Below are positions 1 to 12,008 of a stretch of DNA of 64,000 nucleotides, in pieces (position 1 is the first letter of the stretch; every line of letters starts with the position of its first letter). The stretch lies in the NCBI GenBank assembly GCA_951406725.2, contig OX597832.1, forward strand, positions 64,604,001-64,668,000, given 5' to 3'. Both the position numbers and the translations under genes were made by a program. Under the pieces are notes generated by a model, which was not told where the DNA came from, did not search any database, and saw only the letters and a list, made by a program, of their open reading frames with translations. This DNA comes from Octopus vulgaris (taxonomy: Eukaryota).

Positions 1-165
1 CGAGAGCTTTCACTTTTGGAATTTTATCCATTTTATACAAACACGCACACACACATATGTATGTGTGCGTATGTGTATGTGTGTGCGCGTGTATGCATAT
101 ATGAATGTATGTAAAGGATAATAATAAATATATATGTATATATATAATCAAGCTTTATATGTATG

Positions 166-223
<58 letters not shown>

Positions 224-871
224 GAGAAATTTATATGTACATATATACATAAACTTGCAAATATGCATGGATATATATATCTACATATATAAACATACAT
301 ATACACACGTAAATATAAGTATGCTATACATATATAGATATATTTACATAAACGTATATATAAACAGTTATATGTATACTATATATATATATATTTACAC
401 ACATATATACACACACGCTCACATATGCATGTATATATATATATAAAACAAATTAACGTCTAGCTTTTCTCCAAAACGTTATATCTACGTTTCTTGTCCT
501 TTTGCTCCAATTCTCAATCGCAACACATTTTCTTAGACTCTAAATTAAAATTCTTATTTCCAATTCTATTTCCTGAAGCCTCAGATAAGATAACAGAAAT
601 ACAAATGTCCTAATATATGATAATTAGTAATACAATTTACTGTTTATTTGCCGCTATATATGCTAATTAGAATGAAGAACTGCGGTTACCAAATGATATA
701 TTGTTCAGAGAAAACCGCTGAATCGATAAACTCGTGTCAAAATGTTACAGACTTTAATTACACTCCGATAATTATACTACGTTGATTATTTCCCTGACAT
801 ATGATTTAGGAGCTCAAAGACGTTTTTATGTATATACGTACATACCTATATACACAACACATATCTATCTA

Positions 872-918
<47 letters not shown>

Positions 919-1113
919 GTCTCTGTCTGTCTGTCTGTCTGTCTATATACTTGCAGGCTTGGCTGTGGAGCAAAAATTATGTTCTTCATTCGGCGGCTTT
1001 TCACTCAGTTCCACTGTGTGACATCTCATTCAAGTGTCATACTGTAAGCCCTGGTGAGCCAAAATTTTGTGAGTAGATTTGGTTGACAGAAATTAAAGTA
1101 AATCTGTCGTGTG

Positions 1114-1169
<56 letters not shown>

Positions 1170-1292
1170 TGTATATGTATATATATGCATATATATGTGA
1201 TGAGTTTGATAAATTTCGTAAGTGCTAACACATGAAACTCTCAGTCCTTGAGTCTCTGTGATACTTCTGTTAACAGCCCCTCCTTCTCTTAA

Positions 1293-1417
<125 letters not shown>

Positions 1418-2733
1418 CAATATATACGACGTTTGACAGCCACACGCTCGCAGACACACACACACGCGTGCATACACACTCATCCATATTCTCTGTATAC
1501 GCACAACGAATGGAACCACAAAAAATAAATAACAATAAATATAAGCATTCGTGGATAAATATTTTTTATAATGCACATAGGTAAATCTAGTCCTAGACTG
1601 AAATTAAGAAGGGACTGTAAACCTACTGGAGCAAATATTCTGAGGTTGAATATGTGGATCTTCTCTTTGTATTCGATGCAGCATGGGGATGGTGCTCAGC
1701 TGGGGACGGGTCTTTAAAGAATGTTGCGTTCTTGTTCCAGTAACTGTTCTGTTTGTCGATAGTGTGTTTCGCCGACGAATAAGGCACTGCAGATTTGGTA
1801 TGTGTTGTGAGTATATATTGGTGGAGACGGAGCAGCGTGTGGCTTTGACTTTGATATATTCCTGTCAAAATAGGTTAATTCTCCGCAGGCGCCCCGGCCA
1901 ACTCTACTCAGGTCTGACAGGTTAAACAGAGTATTTTCTTTTAAAAGATTCCAATATATGAAATAGACGCTGCAAGTGAGAGGTGTCAGAAAACGGAGTT
2001 GAAGAGATATTTTTATGCACTTTCATAACAGATTTGACGTCTGTCACATAATGTCTGTATACATGCAAATATGTGGAATATCTAAGTATATATGCACAGG
2101 TTGTGCTTATCTTCGTATCCTCTCTTACAACTGCGAATGTAAATGCGTTTGTTTGCCGTATGTTTTATGTATGACCGTATGTTAGATAGGAATAGAGGGA
2201 AAGATTAGAGCCACGAAGAGGAAGAGAAAATATGTTACGTATGAGACAGAGATACAGAAAAAGGAAGTGTACGAACGAAAACGAGTCAACTTGTTTGGAT
2301 GTAGCAGGCAGACTGACTGAGGACTTAGCGTGCATGCGTGTGTGCACGCGCGTCCGTATGTGCATGTGTGCTTGTGTGCATTGCGGGCGTCTCAAATACA
2401 TTTAAGACAAACACAGAAAGAAAGAATATATACATGCATATACATACATAATATATATATATATATATATATATAAGTGGATAAGGCAGGCAGCGTATGA
2501 AATGAACTAAGACTATTCATTGAAGGTAGGAGAGTGAGAGAGAGAGAGAGAGAAGTTAGAACCAATCATAGTGACAGGGGCAAGTCAAATGACGTCCAGA
2601 TTTGCTTGTGGTGTCAGTCAAAGACGCTGACCAAATTTCTATTTTCTGACAGGAATAGCAGGAGAGCCGCAGCCATTGTTTAACAACAATTGGTTATGAT
2701 GAAAATAATAATACCGACAACAACAACAACAGC

Positions 2734-2796
<63 letters not shown>

Positions 2797-2819
2797 AAGA
2801 AGAAGAAGAAGAAGAAGTA

Positions 2820-2893
<74 letters not shown>

Positions 2894-2894
<1 letters not shown>

Positions 2895-5800
2895 GAAAAT
2901 TGAACCAAATCCTGATTGAAAAATCAGTTACTGGATCAAATCTTCCCAACACACAGGAGCTGGACGAACCCCACAACCGGAATATTCCAACAGATGGCCA
3001 TCCATGCTCATCACCAAATAATCAAAAGAAAAAGAAAGAAAAATGGTCTAGGGAAGATAATAAAGAAGTTCTTGAGGCCTTCTACCATGCCATATATTTC
3101 CCCACAGATAAGTCTAGCACTGTACAAGCATACTTAAACTGGAGACAGAAACACCCTGAAGTAAGACCCTACATAGACAGTAACAAGCTTGCCAATGTTA
3201 GAAGAAACATTATAAAAAAGAAATTACTGACTGAAGTAGAGATTGATCAGGTTAGACAAGCAATATCGGATAAAATGAACGAAGCTGCAGCTAGAGAAGA
3301 TAATACAGAGGAAATGATTATAGACCAGCCCAGGGCGGATAAAAACGAAGAGAGGATTGAAAGAGTTAGTATAAGTGATAGGCAAAGTGAAATACGCCCT
3401 GAACCAATCATAAACACTAAGACAGATGAGCATCAAATAGATAAAGAAAGTCACACAAATATTGACCCAACAGAACTACATGAGCTAAAAAATCAAATCA
3501 TGATTGAATGGCTGAAAATTAAAGAAACCAGCATGGATGAGCGTGATACACTTCCTAAAATCCGCAACTCTAACCAAAACATGAAAATAATTGGTAAAAT
3601 CCGGCTTGCACTTAAGGATATAATTTCAGTTAATGATGTTGATATCACAAACCTCAACCACCTATACTATGCATCCGCGAAAATCTCAACGATCCTATGT
3701 GGTGTAAAGATTAGAAAACGGCAACAGTCCCACAAAAAGCCTTCTTGGCAAGAGCGTCTGCAACAACAAATTAAAATATTTAGATCTGACATTGAATATT
3801 TGAAAAACCTTAAGGCTCACAAGATTACCAAACCTACAAAAACCCAAAAATTACTGAAAAAATACAATATGAAAACTATACTTGATATTGATGCCACCAT
3901 AGAAACCATCAAACAAAAGGTATCTGCCAAAGCTGCCCGCATAGCGAGGTATGAAAAGCGTGTTAGATTTTTCAAGGACAACAACATGTTCAAAAATAAC
4001 ACCAAGAATTTTTACAGGAAGATAGGAAAAACGGCGTTTACTGCAGGGTCTGTACCATCAAAAGAAGAAGTGCAGAGATTTTGGAATAAAATCTGGGCAG
4101 AAGAAAAAACACACAACGAAAAGGCCCCCTGGATTGACAGAATATCTACAGAACTGGACCCCTTAGAAGAGCAAAAGTGGGAGGGTGTCAAGGTAGAAGA
4201 TATAAGATCTGCTCTCAGGAGGTCAAGCAAATGGAAGTCTCCAGGAAAGGATAAAATTCCTAACTTCTGGCTGAATGCCTTCCCAGAGAGCCATGAACTG
4301 CTAACAGAACTGTACAATGATGTTTTGCAACACCCTAGTAGGATGCCTCCTTGGCTAGTTAATGGGTTAACATTCCTGCTTCCAAAAAGTGAAGAAACAA
4401 ATGAACCAAAAAACTATAGACCCATAACCTGCTTAACAACTATGTACAAAACACTAACATCTGTCCTGACGGAATATACCTATAGTTTTTTAACAGACAG
4501 CAGCATATTCCCTAATGAACAGAAAGGATGTAAACGTGGATCCTACGGCTGTAAAGACCAACTACTCATCAATAAGATGATCTTAGAAGATTGTCACAAA
4601 CGACACAAAAACTTATCAATAGCCTGGATAGACTATAAAAAGGCTTTTGATAGCCTACCACATAGCTGGATTAGGAAATGCCTTGAAATGTATAAGATAG
4701 CACCAACTCTGCGAAACTTCTTGACTGTAAGTATGAGATCATGGAGAACCACACTAACTCTGAACAGTGACAGTGAATCCCTAAATGCTGGTGATGTAAA
4801 AATTTCGTGTGGCATTTTCCAGGGTGACTCACTGTCACCACTCCTCTTTTGTTTATCCTTAATACCTCTCTCAAAGCTGCTCAATGACGCGCAGTACGGG
4901 TATAAAATGTTTGATAAAAATATAAATCATCTCGTTTACATGGATGATTTAAAGCTTTTTGCAAAAAATGATCAACAACTCAAGGGCTTACTAGCGATAG
5001 TCAAACAATTCAGTGACGACATCAGAATGCAATTCGGCCTCGATAAATGTGCAAAGGCTACCTTTATCAAAGGAAAAATGACAGAAACATCTAACGTTAA
5101 CCTTGACCAACAGAATGTCATAAAAGAACTAGACCCAGCGGAGAGCTACAAGTACCTAGGGATAATTGAAGGGAACGGAATAAGGCATTCAGAGATGAAG
5201 GAAAGGATCAGGAGAGAATGCTATCGAAGAGTGAGAGCAATACTCAAGACAGAGCTGAATGCAAGAAACAGGATCGAAGCAATCAATGCATTAGCTATAC
5301 CAGTCGTGACTTACAGTTTCAATATTGTTAACTGGTCAATTACTGAAATATGTCAGCTCGACAGAAAAATAAGGAAACTGTTGACAATGCATAGAATGCA
5401 CCACCCTAAGGCAGATACAGAACGACTATATCTGCCAAGAAAAGAGGGAGGCCGTGGTCTTTTGCAACTGGCAATAACAATGAAGATTGCTACAATTGGC
5501 CTAGACACCTACCTGAAAAACTCTGAGGACTGGATGCTAAAACTTGTCTCAAAACATGAAAACAAGAAAGCATCATACTCAGTCACAAAACAGGCAAAGG
5601 AATATCTAAGTGAACTCCGAATACAACCAATTTCGGAATTAGAGATAGATATACAAGAAACAAGCACAGAAAAAGCTAGGCGCATGAAAACCCGTGCCAA
5701 AACTGCGGCCTTAGATATTCTGAATAATAAATGGCAAGAAAAACCTCTCTATGGCAAATACCCAAAGAGAGCGAATAATGCAGATATCGACAAAGCCCTG

Positions 5801-6496
5801 ACCCATCAATGGCTAATGGCCTCTGGCTTAAAATCTGAAACAGAGGGGTTTATCATAGCAGCTCAAGATCAATGCCTACCAACAAGAAACTACCAGGCCA
5901 ACATATTAAAGATCAGAAGCAGTCCAACGTGTCGTGTATGCAAGCAACAAAATGAAACCATTGACCATGTGGTCTCCAAGTGCAGTCTTCTAGCGCCTAC
6001 AGAGTATCTCAACAGGCACGATAGAGCTGCACAATATATTCACTGGGTAATCTGTAAAAACCTGGATTTGCCCCATGAAAAAAACTGGTGGGAACACAAA
6101 CCACCCCCAGTGCTTGAAAATGACCACATCTCACTCCTCTGGAACTTCACCATTCAAACTGACAGGAAGATAGATGCAAATAGGCCAGACATCATATTGA
6201 AAAACTTCAAACAAAGAACATGCCTCCTCATTGATATGACTGTCCCAATCGATATAAACGTATCTGTCAAGACCTACCAAAAACTGAGCAAATATAAAGA
6301 TCTTGAAATAGAAATCAGCAAAATGTGGAAGCTGAAGACTAAAACAATACCTGTTGTCATAGGTGCCCTGGGAATGATAGCAAAAGGGGCTGATAGCTAC
6401 CTAACTCAGATACCAGGAAACCCAAAAATGGCAGAAGTTCAAAAGATAGTGCTCATGGGAACTGCTCATATCCTACGCAAAATACTCTCTATGTAA
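2894..6496 (+). CDS. Retrotransposon polyprotein: Myb-like N-terminal domain, reverse transcriptase, CCHC zinc knuckle, restriction-like (PD-D/ExK) endonuclease
   Basis: N-terminal KWSREDNKEVLEAFY...W...LANVRRNI (~3041-3260). RT motifs WKSPGKDKI, YRPITCL, QKGCKRGSYGCKDQLL, WIDYKKAFDSLPH, GIFQGDSLSPLLF, YMDD (4937-4948), YKYLG, GGRGL. CRVC-x8-H-x4-C (~5930-5983), then RHD, RPDII (6182), LIDMT, KLSKY, GALG. No internal stops. The track's start at 2690 runs through host (ATA)n; the first in-element ATG is at 3275. Confidence 0.93.
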
Positions 6497-6653
6497 TCTC
6501 AAGGTTTAAAACAAACATAATTTTCGGTTTAAAAAAAAAAAAAAAAAAAAAAAACTTTTTTTTTAGACATTCATTAGTACAACATCCCCACCCTCAAATA
6601 TATGGCACACTAGGCATAACAACAACATGAACTTCCAACCCTGTTGTCTCTTG

Positions 6654-6672
6654 AGGTCTCTGGGTGAGACTT
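6654..6672 (+). other. 3' UTR stem-loop of the R4/Dong element (putative RT-recognition structure)
   Basis: aggtctc-tgggt-gagactt hairpin about 40 nt upstream of the 3' (AAT)n junction. Function is inferred. Confidence 0.45.
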
Positions 6673-6712
6673 GGAGCCAACTTGTACAAATATAAAGCAA
6701 ATGTCAAACATA

Positions 6713-6776
<64 letters not shown>

Positions 6777-6789
6777 AAGGAGAAGAATT

Positions 6790-6993
6790 TTGGTGCGAGG
6801 CCAGCAAGGGAGAGATAGGGGCTAAGTCGATTAAATCGACCCCAGTGTTCAACTGGTAATTATTTTATCGGCTCCTAAAGAATAAAAAGCAAAGTCGATC
6901 TTGGTGGCATTCAAACCGAGAATGTGAAGACGGCCGAAATGCCGCTAAGCATTTTGTTCGACGTGCAAACGATTCTGCCAGGATACCGTGCCT
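6790..6993 (-). mobile_element. SINE family C copy (tRNA-like head)
   Basis: Reverse complement reads ctggcagaatcgtttgcacg...aaaatgcttagcggcatttcg...gataaaataattaccagttgaacactggggtcgatttaatcgac. Homologous to copies at 14.6k, 30.6k, 40.3k, 43.6k and 60.7k. Confidence 0.75.
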
Positions 6994-7004
6994 TAATAAT
7001 AATG

Positions 7005-7055
<51 letters not shown>

Positions 7056-7059
7056 GTAA

Positions 7060-7120
<61 letters not shown>

Positions 7121-7739
7121 GAGAATCCATAATAAATGGCGGTACCCCAGCATGGCCACAGCTTGTGAGCTGAAACTAGATAAAAAAAAATAAAACCAGC
7201 CAAAAGAGACAGAACGGCGGATGGTTAATCATAGATACTATAAAATGATTGATTTATGAGTTACGCAGGCACGCTACTACGCAACACCTCTCCAAAAACA
7301 AGCAAGAATGAACTCATACTGTTAACATCCAACATAGAAGGCCGATACCCGACAGAACACAACCTGCGCTGCATAAACAACACACAAGATAAAAACTGAT
7401 AAAACAGAAGACACAAACCAAACCCCATAACAACACGTAGTGATACAATACAATATCCCACCCACCAAAAATGCAGCATACCCCACCAGAAAAACCAATA
7501 AAAGATGTAATAGAAAGTTGCTTGAAACTTTAAGATGTCGAAAAATAACAGTGGTGATGTCGATGGTGATGAACATTACCTTAACTCAGTTTATGAGAGA
7601 CAGGAGTTTCCGTAGAAACTCTGGTTGTAACAGCCAATATGAAGCCGGACATATAAAGGAAGGCCTCTCACTCGGCAGTGGTTCAGTAAAGATGCAGACT
7701 GACCAAAGCTGGTATCCTAATACAGCATCAGCGGATAAT

Positions 7740-7873
7740 AGAACAAGAAGGAGGAAGTGGACCAGTGTAGAATATAGGATAGTGATACTCTGTTGCTTAG
7801 AGAACCCAAAAGAAGGGGTTATAGAAAACAAATGTTAATACTTTGGGAAGAGAAGGTTATGTTTAAAATGACT
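7740..7873 (+). pseudogene. Decayed N-terminal fragment of a second R4/Dong-like retrotransposon
   Basis: Two frames join to give RTRRRKWTSVEYRIVILCCL / PKRRGYRKQMLILWEEKVMFKMT, resembling the KW...Y...RGYRKRM..IW.EKGMF N-terminal domain of R4-clade ORFs. Frameshifted and truncated. Confidence 0.6.
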
Positions 7874-7940
7874 GCTAGTCGGAGAAGGAAGTGGATGCAT
7901 GTTATCCTAGCTTCCTTAAATGCTTTCACTTCACTCCACT

Positions 7941-7989
<49 letters not shown>

Positions 7990-8331
7990 TAAATATCGAA
8001 GTCAGTGTTGAACACACACACACACACACGTTAGTGCGCGCAAGCATACATGCAAATCAATGTGTACGTTGCGGGGTTTCCCTGAAATAGAATGCTCGTC
8101 TTGTTGGTAGTTTGAATGAATATTTGAGCATTGGATAACAGCATGATTAACTGCGAAAACCTAATAAAACACTAATACAAGTAACTACTGTTTTTTATTG
8201 CCTACATGCGTAAGCAATATATTTGTATAAATAAACAAATATACACGCGTGCATATATGCAGTTTTACGCGCACACACCCATATATATAATCAGAGAAAC
8301 GGAGAGAGAAAGAGTGATTTATGCAAATACA

Positions 8332-8386
<55 letters not shown>

Positions 8387-8921
8387 TAATATACTTACAT
8401 ATATATGTCCTTGTGTGTACGCATGTGTGTGTGTATGCATATATATATATATATATCCGTATAAGTATTTCTATATCATCACATCAAATTTTTTGTTCGG
8501 ACGCTGCCCTTAATCTGTGACTTCCATACAGAAACACATCATCGACGTTCCTTATAATGAAACGCATTTTAAAAGAAATTTATGAATTTCCCATATTTTT
8601 TTAGAATCTTCCATTGATTTCTCGAAGACTTTCCATTAAACACTTTGGAGAGCTTTAACGTATTTTCGAGGAAGTTAGAAAACTGTCGTCACATGTCTTA
8701 GCTTTCGATTTATTATTTATATTCTATACATCAATACGCAGGCATGCATTAAGCGTCCATATATATATAAATACATGTAAATACTTACGTACATATGAAC
8801 ATGCACACGCCTGTTTTTACACATGCATAGATTTTACGTAACACGAGTTTCAGCATTTCTGGCGTTCACTTCTCAACTAGTTCTTTCTGCCTATCTCTTT
8901 TGCGCAGACCAATTTAAAAAA

Positions 8922-9185
8922 TTTACCTTTTACTTGTTTCAGTCATTAGACTGCGGCCATGCTCGAGCAACGCCTTGAAGAATTATTTTTTTGGCGAAGG
9001 TATCGATTCCAGTTCTTATCTTTGTTAAACCTGGTACATATTCTATTGGTCACTTTTTGCTGAACCGCCACATTACGGGGACGTAAATACCTCTACACTC
9101 GTTCACAAGCGATGGTGAGGGGGACAAACACAGACATATTTTCACACACACACACACACACACACAGACACACACACACACACAC

Positions 9186-9237
<52 letters not shown>

Positions 9238-9397
9238 AATGCACGACGGGTTTCTGGTTCCATCTACCAAATCCATCACAAGGCTTTGGCCGACTGAAGG
9301 CTATATAAAAGAAGACAGTTGCCTAAGGCAGCACGTAGTGGGACTGAATCCGGGAACATGTGGTTAGGAAGAAAACTTCTTGCCCAACCGCCATACC
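8922..9397 (-). mobile_element. SINE family A copy (tRNA head plus CORE-like segment, internal (CA)n)
   Basis: ttacttgtttcagtcattagactgcggccatgct...acatattctattggtc...gaaccgc...ggacaaacac...ctaccaaatcc...gaagacagttgcctaagg...gtagtgggactgaatccgggaacatgtggtt. Many homologues in the window. Confidence 0.8.
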
Positions 9398-11702
9398 CTC
9401 CCCCCACACACATTATAATAATAGTCGAACTGGGTTATAATGTTTGTGCCATCTCATTTCACGTTGCTGCTTTTCAAGCAACGCTTCACATTTACGCTTT
9501 TAAATTAAAAGTGAAATATTCATGAAACCGCAGTGAAAGTTCTGAATTATGAATTAAGGAAAACCCAGCTATTCCACATGACCTAAAGGGATGTTGGTGA
9601 TTTTAAATAATTTATAATAATATAAAGTCGCTCACTTTTGTATTCGTCACCAGAATATGCAGGTAGTGTTATAATACTTGATACTTGATATGCAGGTACT
9701 GTTATAATAAATTTTACTTTGGCATAGGGTTATATTATATAAAAATTATGACGTAGTACTTTTAGTGATATATTTATAGTATTATAAAGCGTGGAATTAT
9801 CCATCAGTATGAGTTGTTGGCTGCCATGAGACTACATCTTTCAAAACTTCCACGCTTCCTGAAATTCGCCAACAGTACACCTGATGATCCCCACCTTTGT
9901 TTTCCCCCTTTTTTAAATGGTAGTGCATTGTGCATTGTATACAACAATTTCATTATATCATACAGGAACAACTACCGCTAATCCTCCACAAGGTAAAAGA
10001 ATTTCCTTAGGATAATCTAAATTTTTTCTATCTGTAAATTGAAATCATCTTGAAACATAACTGGAAATCCCTTTAGAAATAATATTTTCGTATCATATGT
10101 ACACATGCAAATAATTAGAAAGAACGCTAACCACATAACTCCCCAAATACATCTGGAGGTTAAAGAACGGCAATACTAAACATATAAAACAATGTGCTCA
10201 TCTTCTGTTGGTCAAATTCTACTCATGGCAAGAGTCAACAGATGTATCAATCACAAGTGAATAAATAAGTCGCTTTATGATGAGTAGTCCCAATAGGGAA
10301 GTTGTCTGATAATCGGATAAATACTATAAAAGTTACAGTCAGGTACAGGTTCCAATTGAAAGTGACGAGAGCATTTAGAGCGTCTTGGTGCCGATCAGGT
10401 AAGCGTTTTACGAATGAAGCGAATTGAAGTGTTATTTTCCTGTCTTTCGTACCATAGGTATAAATCTCACTAAACCCACGAGACTAACAAAGCAATTGTG
10501 TATCGCGCTTCAACCAATGATTTTACGATCATCACCTGCTGAAATAAAAATGATATATATGTATCATTTTTCAGTTAATGTAATAAATGCTCGCCATAAC
10601 TGAATAAAAATAACTGAATTACACTAACGGAAATACAAACATATATGCATTAATCAAATTTAGCCAACACATATGTGTGTAAACTGGCATATTCACGTGT
10701 ATGAATGTTTATAAAAAGTTAAAGAATGACAGAGAAATAAAACGATATTTTAATCAAATAAGTGAAAACATATTCTATACAATATTGAAGAACGTTAAAA
10801 AAATATTTGCAAAGAGAATGAATATGTCTAAAGATATTTCGGAGAAGACTTGGAAAGAAAAAAAGGAACATAAAATGTTTCTTCATGTTGAAATATTTAT
10901 GGAAAACGTTGATGGTTCTATGGAATATAGAATGTAAAATATAGATAGGAGAAGGCAATCAGACACATGCATAAGTGTGTGTACATATGAGTGCGTGCGT
11001 ATACACACACACACACACACATATAAACACCAAATATACAAGTTCATTCGTGTGTTTGTGTGTGAATATATATATATGTATAAACATACATGCGTATTTG
11101 TATATATATATATAAATGTATATATATGCATGTATATGTATACATAAGTGTATATATATGCACTCCTGTATGTGTGTGTGTTCGTGAATACATACATACG
11201 CAGATATACATACGTAACACAAGTTTATTGTGCCTCTCATTTTAATCATCTCAGAAAAGGGATTTTATCTACTCTGGTTTAAATATTAAACTCCTCTAAT
11301 CCCTTTTGTGAAGCAAACGTAAAGATGCCCAGTAAGATTATCAAAAATCAACTGCGTGTCGAACAAAATGCTACGTGTTATTTCTGCTTATATCCCGTCG
11401 TGCTTAGCTTCATTTTATTTTTCGATGCACAATAAATCAGAATCGCTATCTAAAGAGGGATTAAATCGCTTCAACAGATGCCTTGCGGTGTTTGTTCACA
11501 GAGTTTATACTGACGAGCACCACTGATACTAAGCCATACCAGCTGTTACTGTTCCTATTTGATATCGGAGGTATAGTGAGAGAAGATCTATTGTGTGAAA
11601 AGCCGCGGCGTTTCCATGAATTAAATGAAACATACAGTTCTATATCTAAGCGATGAGGAATTATGTACATTATTTACATTTGTCCCCATCTTGTTTGTTG
11701 TT

Positions 11703-11748
11703 AACACAACGTTTCGGCTGATATACCCTCCAGCCTTCATCAGGTGTC
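11703..11748 (-). ncRNA. Minimal type-I hammerhead ribozyme motif (PLE type)
   Basis: Minus strand: gacac CUGAUGA a ggcug-gagggUauau-cagcc GAAAC GUU guguu. Helix I gacac/guguu, helix II 5 bp, loop-less palindromic helix III (ACGU), GUU triplet. Confidence 0.72.
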
Positions 11749-11795
11749 TTGGGAAAATTTCGAGCCTGGGTTCTCATTCCTAAGGTATTTTTCGA

Positions 11796-11857
<62 letters not shown>

Positions 11858-11962
11858 TCACTACCTGGAATCGAACTGGGAATCTTAGGGTTAGTAACGC
11901 GCGCTGTTAATTACTTCACCATATACATTAGGAATGAGAACCCAGGTTCGAAATTCCCCCGA

Positions 11963-12008
11963 GACACTTGATGAAGGCTGGAGGGTATATTTGCCGAAAT
12001 GCTGTGTT
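11963..12008 (+). ncRNA. Degenerate hammerhead copy in the inverted arm
   Basis: gacac ttgatga a ggctg gagggtatat ttgcc gaaat gct gtgtt. Core C>U change plus helix II and helix III mutations. Confidence 0.5.

Larger units (their letters stand above)
2893..6713 (+). mobile_element. R4/Dong-clade non-LTR retrotransposon (RLE type), apparently intact ORF, inserted in an (AAT)n microsatellite
   Basis: Single ~3.6-kb ORF with RT, CCHC and RLE domains and a ~215-bp 3' UTR. Both ends abut (AAT)n arrays (2821-2892 and 6714-6746), matching the known (TAA)n target preference of Dong-type R4 elements. Confidence 0.93.

Noticed and set aside
2690-2892. N-terminal 68 aa (poly-Ile/Arg) of the 1268-aa ORF as part of the retrotransposon protein
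   Set aside because: It is the flanking (AAT)n/(GAA)n target array, not element sequence.
9880-9900. CTGATGA as another hammerhead core
   Set aside because: No helix II or downstream GAAA at the right distance.
11855-11926. tRNA gene
   Set aside because: Only A/B-box remnants are present and the stems do not form a full cloverleaf; it is better explained as a SINE head.
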